Origin: Octopus sinensis
Taxonomy: Eukaryota
Reading direction: 5' to 3'
DNA: 64,000 nucleotides
Assembly (NCBI RefSeq): GCF_006345805.1
Contig: NC_043009.1
Location: 6,014,001-6,078,000 of the forward strand
Part shown: one piece after another, positions 41,176 to 53,734 of the stretch
Position numbering within the stretch: the first letter of the stretch is position 1
How the letters are laid out: the number at the start of each line of letters is the position of its first letter
Notes under the pieces: generated by a model
What the model saw: the letters and a program-made list of their open reading frames with translations, nothing else
Told to the model about the DNA's origin: nothing
The model's database searches: none
Translations under genes and position numbers: made by a program

Positions 41176-41520
41176 GCTTTTTTTATGTATCTATATATAT
41201 GTTGAAATATGGATATATGTGTGAGCATCAACAGTAGCATTTCCATCATTAAAGACAGTAGATCAGCGTCTCCATCATTATCATTATCAGTCTTCATTTC
41301 TACATCACCATCATTATTATCATCATCATCTCCACAACCAACACCACCACTACATCCACCACTACCATCATCATCATCATAAACCAAACTTATTCATCGA
41401 GTCCACCCAAATACTACTACTACTACTACTAATACTACTACTACTACCACTAACACCACCACCGCCACCACCCAAATACTTCTACCTCCACTACAACTAC
41501 TACTACTACTACTACTGTCA

Positions 41521-41582
41521 CAGTAGTCTTATTCCTATGGCGTGCCTTTACTGCTCTCCTGAGGCCAACTCTGTGTGCCTTC
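41521..41582 (-). mobile_element. 3'-terminal fragment of the Dong/R4 family at 14895-17684
   Basis: Reverse complement AAGGCACACAGAGTTG..AAAGGCACGCCATAGGAATAAGACTACTG resembles 17625-17684. Confidence 0.7.
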
Positions 41583-42383
41583 GATTTGTACTATTTTATT
41601 TTTCGTATCTGTTGCTATTTTTGCTATATTGCAGATGCTCTACGTATGAAGCGTTCGGTACCTAGCAGAGTTATTTCCTATATGTCATAGATATTCGCAC
41701 GTCCTGGCGTTTTGATTATGCAATTCCCAAAGCGCTTATATTTATAGGGATATTTTTTCTTTTTTTCAGGCTCCATATTCGGAATATCTGTATTTGCAGT
41801 TATTTGTATTTCGATGGTTTTTTTTTCGATTTATTTCCCGCACACAGCAACATCTGTTGGGACTGATGTGTGAATTAGGAATAATTTCTCTTTTCTTCAT
41901 TGTACTTGTAAACATCTGGTCGATTAACTTGCGCCTCTCTACATATATGGTAATTCTACAAAGCATGTGTATCAGCGATCTTCTCTGGGACGAAGAGCGC
42001 ACAATCAGTGTATACCATCAGTATGTGTGTGTGCGTGAGTGAGTGTATGTATGTATGCATGTGTGTACGTGTTAGAGTATGTAAAAATACATACGTACAT
42101 ACATACATACATGCATACATACATACATGTAAATGTATCTGTTTAGTGTTGACTGTCGGCAGAAAAAGTTCTTAGTACACCAGTAACGAGTAGCATTGTA
42201 TTTCATTTCGGTCGAGTTAGACTTTGGTACTCTGATTCGCCTGTGTAAGTATAGGGTCTTCAGACGCGACTTATGAAGTATAACCACACGTATATCATTA
42301 GTTGCCTGAAGTCAATGTGCATATATGGGCGAAAGACAAATCAGTAGGAGATCTGATTGATTCGACCAAAACAAAATACTATA

Positions 42384-42429
<46 letters not shown>

Positions 42430-42475
42430 GCAAGATTTTTTATTGGCTAAACCGGCAAAATGACCATTCCGAAAT

Positions 42476-42582
<107 letters not shown>

Positions 42583-42797
42583 ATGTGTGTGTGTGTATGT
42601 GTATGTGTGTGTATGTGTGTCGTGTGTATATATAGTGCGATATTGACGTTATAAGATATAGTGGGATCACTGAGACACTAAGGTGTCAGGTAATGCTGAA
42701 TAAGTGCTATAGACAGACCATAGTTAAGTTCCAGATTCGGTAATGTTGCGAATAAGGGGTTCAAAGTTGGTTCTATGTCAGCGTGTGCAGATAAGAG

Positions 42798-42949
42798 TTT
42801 TTTGCGTAATAAAATAAAAGACCAAGGGTGTGTAGATATTAGAGCATTTATAAATAGAAGGCCTGCCTCGACACAGGCAGGCAGACCTTCTATCTATAAA
42901 TGCTATAATATCTACACACCCTTGGTCTTTTATCTTATTACGCAAAAAA
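42798..42949. repeat. Fold-back hairpin with about 70-bp arms ending at (TA)n
   Basis: TTTTTTGCGTAATAA..AAAAGACCAAGGGTGTGTAGATATT versus AATATCTACACACCCTTGGTCTTTT..TTATTACGCAAAAAA. Confidence 0.9.
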
Positions 42950-42982
42950 ATATTATATATATATATATATAAAATATTAGAC

Positions 42983-43262
42983 TACCACTTGCTAGTAAGT
43001 GTAGCTAACACTTCAAAACTCAAATTTCTCACAACTAATTAATACGCACGGTGAATGCAGCGAATATAATAAAATAGGCTTACCTTGTATAAGCTACAAT
43101 GGAAGAAACAGATATCAATCGATACCAGATATCTGTTTCTTTCTTTGTAATTTATACAAGGTAAGCCTCTTTTATTATATTCTTTCTATCTACCGTGCGT
43201 ATTTAATAATAGTGAGAGATTTGTGGTTTTGGAGAGTTAGCTCCTCCTTCTAGCAAGTGGTA
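42983..43262. mobile_element. Degenerate MITE-like fold-back with about 135-bp arms
   Basis: TACCACTTGCTAG/CTAGCAAGTGGTA; AGGCTTACCTTGTATAA/TTATACAAGGTAAGCCT; GAAACAGATATC/GATATCTGTTTC. Confidence 0.8.
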
Positions 43263-43323
43263 ACTTACTTTTCTTATTTGTATATTTTACACATATCTGT
43301 AAAAAACATGCGGTTCATTTTAC

Positions 43324-43410
<87 letters not shown>

Positions 43411-43411
<1 letters not shown>

Positions 43412-43750
43412 TATGTTTGACTTTTGCTTTATATTTGTACAAGTTGGATTCAAGTCTCACCCAGAGACCTCAAGAGACAACAGGTTGGAAGTTCATGTTG
43501 TTGTTATGCCTAGTGTGCCATATATTTGTTTTGTTTTGTGCTGTACTAGTGAGTGTCGGAAAAAAGTATGTTTGTTTTATACCTTGAGATTACATAGAAA
43601 GTATTTTGCGTAGGATATGAGCAGTTCCTATGAGCACTACCTTTTGAATTTCTGCCATTTTTGGGGTTTCTTGGTATCTGAGTTAGGTAGCAATCAGCCC
43701 CTTTTGCTATCATTCCCAGGGAACCTATGACAACAGGTATTGTTTTAGTC
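43411..43750 (-). mobile_element. R4/Dong-type 3' fragment within a (TTA)n tract
   Basis: PVVIGSLGMIAKG..IQKVVLIGTAHILRK; (TTA)n at 43321-43410 and 43751-43805. Confidence 0.85.
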
Positions 43751-43829
<79 letters not shown>

Positions 43830-43831
<2 letters not shown>

Positions 43832-44565
43832 TTCCTCTTCTTTCTTCAAATTTTCTTCCATTTCTCGCCGAGTCTTTTCCGTACATCTAGGGCAGAGAAC
43901 CTCATTGTATGCATTCCTAGATTACACACGCAAATTCAAAGGTAAAATATATATTTTAAAAATTCATGAATGGATGTTGTTTTCACAGCGATAATGCTCT
44001 TCTCAGTACATGAGTCGTTCCAGTTAACACGATTTTTTGCACTTCCTGTAGGAATGGTAACACTGGTATCATTTTCAAATAAGTTTCAGTACCTTTTTTA
44101 ATCATCCCTAGAGATCTTACAATCACTGGTATTGTAGTCTCCTTGAGGTGCCATATTTTTTTCAGTTACTATTAGCAAATCTTTATATTTACTGATTTTG
44201 TCAACTTCTTTCGCCGCTATATTTTGATCGCGAGGAATACTCATGTCAATTAATAAACACACCTTTTTTGTCTGATTTTTCACCCGGTTTATTAGCTTTT
44301 ATAGATTTGTCGGTATGTACGGGGAAGTGCCAGAGAATCGACACAATTTCTTCCTCAGTCACATCTTCAGGATGGTGTTTATACTATTTGTCAGCGGTTT
44401 TGATTTTATAATGGCGACATATTGTCCAGTATGAACACTGGCCGCCTCTGTCATGCCTTGCTTTATATTCTACAGGTTCTAAGACTCTACACCCTGAGAT
44501 TAGGTGGTCTATAGTTTCAATCTCATCGTTACAGAATCGGCATTTTGGATCCGCTCCATCTTTTA
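43830..44565 (-). mobile_element. R4/Dong-type C-terminal fragment, different subfamily
   Basis: DPKCRFC..ETIDHLISGC..RHDR; LIDMSIP..KISKYKDL; SLGMIKKG..VQKIVLTGTTHVLRR. TAA-type tracts on both sides. Confidence 0.85.
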
Positions 44566-44705
44566 TTATTATTAATATTTCTATTATTATTATTATTATT
44601 ATTTTCATCATCATCAATAATAATAATAATGGTAATAATACTTTATCTAATTATATATATATATATAATATACATACATACATACATACATACATGCATA
44701 TATAT

Positions 44706-44950
44706 AACGGGAAAGTTTACGAAAATAAACAGAAGACGAAGGCAGGTGGAGTACAAACAAACATATGTATTAGTATAGCGCTCAGGAATAGAAATAGGAA
44801 AAATGTATTTTACGTTTCCAACCTACGCTCTTCGACAGAAAGATACACAGAAAAAACGAGGAGAGAAACAAGGAGAGAAAAAAGGAGAGAGAAAAATGCG
44901 TGTAGGAGCTAACGATCTATCATGGCGTCCTGACTTCGGACAGCGGTGCA
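44706..44950 (-). mobile_element. TA-adjacent short element with degenerate HHR-like motif
   Basis: Minus strand CTTT CTGTCGA AGAGC GTAG GTTG GAAAC GTA AAA at 44805-44844; shares GCGCTCAGGAA context with the 21147/54893 family. Confidence 0.5.
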
Positions 44951-44962
44951 TGTATATATCTA

Positions 44963-45011
<49 letters not shown>

Positions 45012-45021
45012 CTCTCTCTCT

Positions 45022-45076
<55 letters not shown>

Positions 45077-45399
45077 ATATATATATATATATAATATATA
45101 TATATAAATATACGTGTATCTAAGTATTTGGAGGGGTGTTGACTATAATCTTAGCAACGACAAACGGTTAATTCTTCTAAAAATATTGACACGGGTACGA
45201 AATACTGTAATGATAATTACACATTATCATTTAACACAGACACATATCATAATGAACAACATGCAGTTTAAATACAAACCTCACTCTGATATCAAGCGAT
45301 TGATCACCTTCATAATTATTATTATGCTCAACGGCATCATATCACTATTACCCTCATTCTCCTACTCTCAACATCATTATCATCTTCGGCATCATCATC

Positions 45400-45504
45400 G
45401 TTACCTTCATCATCATCACCATCATCATCAGCAGCAGCAGCAGCTCAGCAACATCAGCAGCATCACCATCATCATCATCATCATCGCCATCATCATCATC
45501 ATCG

Positions 45505-45555
<51 letters not shown>

Positions 45556-45610
45556 TATAATCATCATGAGCATCATCGTAACCAATACCATCAGCCGCGG
45601 CAGCATCGGT
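45400..45610. repeat. (CAT)/(CAG)n tract
   Basis: Direct inspection. Confidence 0.9.
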
Positions 45611-46225
45611 AAAATACGTGTTGTCACCATCAATTTTTTTCTTTGTATCAACGAACATCAGGAATTATTATCTCGCAATTCATTCCGACATCAACGTACA
45701 TATCTGTATCATTAACATCATCATCCACATCTGAATAATCATCTTCAACATCAACATCATCTTCAACATCTACAGTAATTTTATCATCAGAAATGTTCAC
45801 ATTTCGTACAAATATGGAGCTGTTCTTATCAACGCTTAAATCATGAGATTTTATTTTATCTCCAAGTCTCTATCGTTGGAGTTTGGTATATTTTCTTTTA
45901 ATTATATGTTCATATATTGATTTTCATATGTTAATTCTACGAGGAATTTACACCAGTGAGTTTGGAATGAAACTGGAATTTTTGAAGATGAAAAATATAA
46001 AATATTCCGGGTGATATTAAATTAAGCGATAATGTCATCAAGAATATCAAAATGCCGAAATATTATACGTAAATATTTCGATACACAAATACATACATAC
46101 AGACATACATATATTTATGTTAATATATACATATGTAAACACACACGCGCACATATATACAAATATATTATATAAGGTATATAGAAATATATACAATATA
46201 TGCATATATATATATATATATATAT

Positions 46226-46256
<31 letters not shown>

Positions 46257-46381
46257 ATATAATATATATATTATATATATATATATTATATATTATATGT
46301 AGTCCCGGGTTGATCCGGGGTTACCACAGTAAGTAAGGTACTCAATACATAGCAGAGTAAAATTAATTATTATATAGAAGG

Positions 46382-46434
46382 AGCTTCTACAGGACTAGTA
46401 CTGTTTCATTCATCAGAGAAATCTTCAGGAAGCT
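46382..46434 (-). ncRNA. Type I hammerhead-like motif (left arm)
   Basis: AGCTTC CTGAAGA TTTC TCTGAT GAAT GAAACAG TACTAGTC CTGTA^GAAGCT; first stem II pair is U-U. Confidence 0.65.
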
Positions 46435-46481
46435 ATTTAACAATGCCTAAATGATAAATGCTAATACAATTCTTGTTAAAT

Positions 46482-46532
46482 AGCTTCCTGAAGATTTCTC
46501 TTGAATGAAACAGTACTAGTCCTGTAGAAGCT
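46482..46532 (+). ncRNA. Type I hammerhead-like motif (right arm)
   Basis: AGCTTC CTGAAGA TTTC TCTT GAAT GAAACAG TACTAGTC CTGTA^GAAGCT; 6-bp stem I, 4-bp stem III. Confidence 0.65.
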
Positions 46533-46543
46533 CCTTCTATATA

Positions 46544-46604
<61 letters not shown>

Positions 46605-46960
46605 CGTAGAGAGTAAGTGAAGAAAGAGAGAGAGAGAGAGACTGAGAGAGAGAGAGAGAGACTGAGAGAGAGAGAGAGAGACTTACATACACACTTATAA
46701 ATATTTCTGGAAGAGATAAAATGTGGTGAATATAATATAAAATGTGTTTCTTTGTTAATTTGTTTACGAATAATTGAATATTTGCGATAACGTTTTACAG
46801 TGCTCTAAGTGCATTGTTCAGCGTGTGTCTATATTCTAAATGATGCGTGTGCTTTATGTGTCTCAGATCTTTGCACTTCGATTCGGAATTAATGTCTAGA
46901 GACTCTGGAATGCACTTTCACTCTCTCCACCACTCGCTATCCTTGCTCTGCATACATACA

Positions 46961-47043
<83 letters not shown>

Positions 47044-47263
47044 TTATATATTATACATATATATATATATGTATGTATGTATGTAGGCATGTATGTATAC
47101 CTCTATCAACATAATGTATATATATTAAATACATATAAACTTATATTTCTTCATTTCTCTTTGTAAATACGATTACGTAACTCATGTTTCTCGTCATACA
47201 ATTATATACATACATACATATATATATCTATATTATATATATATGTATATCTATCTATCTATC

Positions 47264-47298
<35 letters not shown>

Positions 47299-47316
47299 CC
47301 TATATATATATATACA

Positions 47317-47359
<43 letters not shown>

Positions 47360-47430
47360 ATAATATATGTATATATATATACATATATGTATATATATAT
47401 ATATATCTATATATATATATATACATATGT

Positions 47431-47463
<33 letters not shown>

Positions 47464-47571
47464 ATATATATATGCGTTTATCTGTGTGTTGCTTCATACA
47501 TGCAAACGTATACATATATACCCAGTGGTAGGATTCCTGGGTTCGATTCCTGGCATGGAAACAGCGTTACA

Positions 47572-47755
47572 TATGTGCAGTAATGGCTCTGTGCTAAGTA
47601 GCTTGGTTATCAACCACATGGTTCCGGGTTCGGTCCCACAGGGGGAACCTTGGGCAAGTGGCAAGTTCCCTCTTCTATAGCTTCGGGCCGACCAAAGCTT
47701 TCTGGCGGGTATCTGGTAGATAGAAACTGAAAGAAGCTTCTCGTATATGTATGTG

Positions 47756-47809
<54 letters not shown>

Positions 47810-48144
47810 AAGGGTAAAGACCCCCTTCGGTCATGAATGACCATGGGATTGCACCTAGAAAGTTACCCTCCTAGACACAAGTCCGGGCAAGGTTGTTTAT
47901 GGAAGACCAGCAGTCGCCCATGCATACCGGCCTCCCCTCTCACGCCACCAGTGTTATCCAAGGGAAGACAAAGGCCGATACAGCTTGGCACCTGTGACGT
48001 CGCAACTCATTTTACAGTTGAGTGAACTGGAGCAACGTGAACTAAAGTGCCTTGCTCAAGAGCACAACACGCAGCCCGGTCCGGGATTCGAGCTCACAAC
48101 CTCACGATCGTAAGCTCGACGCTCTAACCACTGAGCCATGCGCC

Positions 48145-48197
<53 letters not shown>

Positions 48198-48220
48198 TAT
48201 TATATAATATTATATATATA

Positions 48221-48304
<84 letters not shown>

Positions 48305-48309
48305 AACTA

Positions 48310-48354
<45 letters not shown>

Positions 48355-48605
48355 TATAATATATATATATATATATATTATTTCAATGATTGTGTGTCTG
48401 TGTTCTTCTACCCAACATCGCTTGACAATAAAATCTAATGTGTTTACGGGCCCGTAACTTAGCGGTTGGGCGAAGAAACTAATAGAATAAGTACTAGGCT
48501 TACAAAGAATAAGTCCTGGTGTCGATTTGCTCGATTAAAGGTGATGTTCCAGCAGGGCCGCAGTCAAATTACAGAAACAAATAAAAGAATAAAAGAATAA
48601 AGAAT
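47572..48605 (+). mobile_element. SINE family B split by a nested SINE E insertion
   Basis: 5' half at 47572-47750, 3' half at 48385-48605. Confidence 0.8.
47808..48148 (-). mobile_element. SINE family E (tRNA head), nested in (TA)n
   Basis: Minus strand GAAGGCGCATGGCTCAGTGGTTAGAGCG..GCTCGAATCCCGG; tail GGGGGTCTTTACCCTT. Confidence 0.85.
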
Positions 48606-48821
48606 ATAGGTACAACCACACACACACGCACAGACATGCGGACATATACATAAGCATGCATACTTGTATATACGTGTGTCTGGATGTATGTGTCTATCCT
48701 TGTGTAGTAAATTTTACTAGAAGTTTATTAGCGAATTTAAAGCTTTGGTGTCTTAGAGCCGTCATCGTATTTAGTCAATGCCAACATTTTCCTTATATAT
48801 ATGTAGTCATTCTTGTATGTT

Positions 48822-49035
48822 TCTTTATTACCCACAAGGGGCTAAATATAGAGGGGACAAACAAGGACAGACAAATGAATTAAGTCGATTACATCGACCG
48901 CATTGCGTAACTGGTACTTAATTTAGCGTCCCTGAAAGGATGAAAGGCAAAGTCGAAATCGGCGGAATTCGAAAACAGAACGTAACGCCAGACGAAATAC
49001 AGCTACGCATTTCGCCCGGCGTGCTAACGTTTCTC
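48822..49035 (-). mobile_element. SINE family A
   Basis: TTACCCACAAGGGGCTAAA..GATGAAAGGCAAAGTCG..TTTCGCCCGGCGTGCTAACG. Confidence 0.85.
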
Positions 49036-49354
49036 AACCGATTGTTCAAACTCATATGTTAATGGGCTGGAAACCACAAAATAGTTATGGCAAACATATT
49101 TTCGCTAGACTATTAAGTTGTGGATTACCAAAATCCATAGAGTCGCTTTTATCCAAATCCATAGAATCGCTATTCTGAAACAGGCAGGCAATGTACCTGA
49201 GAAAAACGAAATACGTATTTAATTTCCCTTCTTTGTTCTTTCCACCTGTCTGTCTCTACTTCAGTTTTCTTCCTGAGTTTCTTTGCTGTTTTTCCCTTCT
49301 ACTTTCCACTCTTATTTTCGTTTCATAATGTTGTAATTCTATTGCTTATATTTG

Positions 49355-49610
49355 TGGAGGCGAGTAGCTTAGTGGTCAGGGTGTCAGCATTATGATCGTA
49401 AGATAGTGGTTTCGATTCCTGGACCGGGTGACGCATTGTATTCTTGAGCAAAACACTTCATTTCACGTTGATCCAGCCCACTCAGCTGGCAAAAGTGAGT
49501 AATCCTGCGACGGACTGGCGTCCCCTCCGGCTGGGGTACACATACGCCATAAAACCGGCAAATCGGGAACGTGGTCCTGGCTGGTCTTTATAAAGGGCGC
49601 ATTTATTTAT
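49355..49610 (+). mobile_element. SINE family D (tRNA head)
   Basis: GGAGGCGAGTAGCTTAGTGG..GGTTTCGATTCC..TTCTTGAGCAAAACACTT; body related to families C and E. Confidence 0.75.
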
Positions 49611-49611
49611 G

Positions 49612-49925
49612 TGGAGGTGCAATGGCCCAGTGGTTAGGGCAGCGGACTCGCGATCGGAGGCTCGCTGTTTCGATTCCCGAACTGGGTGTTGTGTGTGTTT
49701 ATTGAGCGAAAACTTCTAAAAGCTCCATGAGGTCCCGGCAGGGCGTGCTGGTGACCCCTGTTGTACTCTTTCGCCACAACTTTCTCTCACTCTCTCTTCC
49801 TGTTTCTTGTGTAACTCTGCGAAAGACTGGCGTTCCGTCCAGATGGGAGGAACAATATACGCCACAGAAACCGAGAAACCGGGCCCGTGAGCCTGCCTAG
49901 GCTTGAAAAGGGCGACGCTTTCTTT
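49612..49925 (+). mobile_element. SINE family C
   Basis: GGAGGTGCAATGGCCCAGTGGTTAGGGCAGCGGACTCGC..GTTTCGATTCCC. Confidence 0.85.
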
Positions 49926-50401
49926 TTTTTTTTATTGCTTATATTCAGAGCATTGCAAAATGTTAGATATTTGGACATTAACATTTGTAATTTTGGTATC
50001 TAATTCTCCAATCTCTTACTGATTCTCTAAAAGTCTCGTTTCGATAACGTCTCCATCAACTAAAAGACTTAACTTGTATTCAATGACGATAGACGAAACT
50101 GAAAGTAATTTGGCAGTAGAGCGACAGTAGAAGTAGCTTCTATTATCATTACAGCTATACTTTATGGATTCAGTATGTTTTCAGTCTATGAAATTATAAA
50201 GATTTACACTCACATGCAGATGTGTGTGTGTGTGTGTGTGTGTGTAACTTTTTTACCTGTACCAACGTAAGTCTGCATGTCGAACTTTTTTGCGAGTGAA
50301 CAAATGACAAATCCAACAAATGACAATTTGCAAAACTAAATTCCATTATGGAACTTTGGAATCTTTTTTTTTTATCTCTTACAAGCTGCTTATCTCTACA
50401 G

Positions 50402-50473
50402 GAGCGGACGAAATTTCATTCACTGAAAATGACATTATCAACGATGGCAACCGAGGACTAACGTCTAATACCA
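50402..50473 (+). CDS. Candidate 72-bp phase 1-1 exon (GADEISFTENDIINDGNRGLTSNT)
   Basis: Strong acceptor (T-tract..TATCTCTACAG), donor GTAAAT at 50474. Confidence 0.3.
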
Positions 50474-52794
50474 GTAAATAAATAGTGACGGGAGATACTG
50501 TACTGATTTGGGCGTTGATGATGGTTGTGATTTGGTATATGGTTCGGTACCATTTTTGTCAAACTGACAGCTGATGTTTGCATTGTACTGGTTTTTTTTT
50601 TTATTTTGGAAGCTGATATTGACGTGAATCTCGTATTTTATACTATTATTCCAATTGTTTAGTTTTGTGACATTCCATAAGGCATAAATCTGTGGTGAAA
50701 TGATTTATGCGTTCATACCTTTAAAGAAGAAGCGCATAGAATACGTTCATCCATACTGAATGCGATATATTTTAATTTGATGGGCATTTCACTGCTATTA
50801 TCAACACGTCAACTAAACATATGAAGGCCCCATCCTTTGTTCATTAGAATGTTGCTTCTTCTTGTAGCGATAGATTATGTAGTGGTCTTGGATATTGTTG
50901 TGCGTACTATCGCTATTAGTTTTATAATATCATTAAGCAGAATGATGTAATTAGAATGTATTCCCAGTTGTGTCGTGAATTGTTTTGCCCAGCGCTTGTT
51001 GCTGTCGACATCGTTATTGTTGGTGTTGTTGCCCTAGTCGCTTTTAATACTTTTGTCATTGTTAGTGTTTGAGGTATGACCAGCATCTACCCCCCTCCTC
51101 TCTCTCTCTCAGGAATGCACTTCGTGGAGAATAATTCCATCTGTGTCATTTGAAATTTCACAAAACAAGGTTATATACGCTTAACCTGACACCTTGTCGG
51201 TGGTTTATTTCTACTGTTATGATTTGTTTTCTTACCTGACTATGTATTTTGGATATATTTTCTTTCTGTTTTGCTCCATCCCTTTCATTCAGAAAGAGGT
51301 TTGGTCTCGTGCTAACCAAACAGCTATTCTTTCTCACCGTTAAATGCACAGTCTGAATATATCCAATCCTTAAATTTCTATACACAGTTTTTGTATCAAT
51401 GCTCTCAGATGATGGTCATGAACAAGCTTCTCTTCTACTTTCTATAGTTACATTTACGTCTTGATTCTGATCGCTTTCGAAGCTTTCTATTCGTGTTTCA
51501 GTATCCTCCTGACATCTGCTGTAATATCAAATATATTACACTCCTTCAGCTACTTTCTAATTAATGATTGTATTCAATATATCACTGCTAGATTCAATTA
51601 ACGTGTTCATCTTACAATTTTCTGTCACGTAGAAATGTCTATCCACGTACAAACGTCTTCCTAGAATTTCTGAAAGTCATACGATCGACTGTTGTGCATC
51701 ATTTAATATTTGAGAATTAAATGTGTGGAGGTGGACCTGATTTACTGGAAAATTTCTTTTATAAAAAAAAGATCACCGCCTGATCAACATAATTATGCGG
51801 CTTCTTTTCAGATGATTTCTGCACCTAATCGTAATTTGGTATGGCCGCGCCGTTTGCTATGACTATACCACTGTAATCTTTCTCAAGCAGAAAGATGTCA
51901 GACTTCTCATGCATAATCTGTTGTTTTGCTTTGTCTCCTTGTGTGTTTTTTTTTGTGTGTGTTTGTTTTTAGTATCCTAATTTTTACAGCTTGTTCACGT
52001 TGTCAATCTTATGACAGCTGGAAGTTCATATGAGTACCACACGGAACTTTTTCATCATGCATTTCACATTCGCCGGCTAGAATTTATCGTCATATCAACC
52101 TTCTCTTTTTCATGCCAATAATGTGAGAAAGACATTCAAATATATAAAGAGAAGAACATGAGGAAGGAGAGAGCGAGAGGGGAGCGGGCGAGAGAGATTA
52201 TTTTGATTAAGTCTAGCTCATCGAGTGCAGCTATAGCTGATAACGTAGTTAATTTATTTCTCTAGTAAATGATATCAGGTGTTTGCTTAATCTGTCACAT
52301 ATAAAGAAACGCAAAAGCAATATTATTGCGTGGTTCCAAGCAGAATTACATATTTGTTTTATTATTATTGACTGTTTTCCGTACGATTTAATCCAGTTTT
52401 TCATATAAACATCAAGATCAAGATCAATATATTAGTATATGATATATCAATCAGAGACTTTGATAAGTTTCCTTTGACGAAGGTAATGGACGTAACATTT
52501 TCACCATTTGATCTTTAATATAGCCATCATATGTTACTTCTATACGAGTCAACGGGATTTAATCCTTATTACCATCATTAGCATTAGATGTAGCGACGGC
52601 GATGGCAACTCTGCATCAAAATCGTTATTAAAATCAGCATTTCCATAATTAATATCCTCATCATTATGAACACTATGATGACTACGATGAAGGTGATCAA
52701 GGCCACCATCATTATAATAATAACAATCCACATCAATATGACCACCGTTTCATTTCTACACAACTCTCTCCCCGCATTTTCCATGTGGTTGCTG

Positions 52795-53028
52795 TTGCTC
52801 TTCTTCTTCCTCCTCTTCTTTCTTCTTCTTCTTCTTTTTCTTCTTCTCCTTCTTCTCCTTCTTCTTCTTTTCCTTCTACTTCTTCCTCCTCCTCTTCTTC
52901 TTCTTTTTCTTCTTCTTCTTTTTCTTCTTCTTCCTTTTCTTCTTCTTCTCCTTCTCCTTCTTCTTCCCCTTCTTCTTTTCCTTCTTCTTCTTCTTCTCCT
53001 CCTCCAACGCCTCCTCCTCCTCCTCCTC

Positions 53029-53060
<32 letters not shown>

Positions 53061-53079
53061 CATCACCACCACCACCACC

Positions 53080-53113
<34 letters not shown>

Positions 53114-53120
53114 TCACCAT
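52795..53120. repeat. (TTC/TCC)n then (CAT/CAC)n tract
   Basis: Direct inspection. Confidence 0.95.
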
Positions 53121-53394
53121 AGGCTGAGAATGTCTTTGAGTCGTCGATCCATAAGCGAAGGCGGTTGTCTCTATTATAATATGACGTTCCAATCTCGTTT
53201 AACAGCAATCTAGTCGTCGGTTACATCCTCAGATAAAATAATGATCAGACAGTAATTTTTCTATCAACATTCTGCACGAAGATCATTTATTTCAGAAACA
53301 TACACTAACTGACGTCAAACATGAATAAGTGTACTACAACCCCCTTTATTATACCGCTCACGTTTATCTTCTTTATCCAATATATCATGCTGCG

Positions 53395-53455
<61 letters not shown>

Positions 53456-53734
53456 ATGCGTACTCAATTGTGGCCTTTCATATGAAAAGCATTCATATGT
53501 AACTCATTACAATCATATGTTGCGTATAGCAAAATTTTCTATGAATACGCTTAATGACTAATTTTATTTGGAATCATTTGAATATTATGTTCAAAAATAT
53601 AATTTAATGAATGGATATTTTTCGCACATTAATATTGGCATTCGAACAGCCTTTATCATATTATATTTTTCAGGGAAATATAATGAATTTCATATCTGGA
53701 ATTAGTAATATTTTCTTATTAATATTCCATTAGG

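Larger units (their letters stand above)
46311..46547. mobile_element. TA-embedded fold-back element with about 76-bp inverted arms
   Basis: 46367-46443 is the reverse complement of 46473-46547; 29-nt spacer; TA-rich tracts on both sides. Confidence 0.88.

Noticed and set aside
51158-51720. Hydrophobic, receptor-like translation on +
   Set aside because: Multiple stops; T-rich strand bias explains the hydrophobicity.
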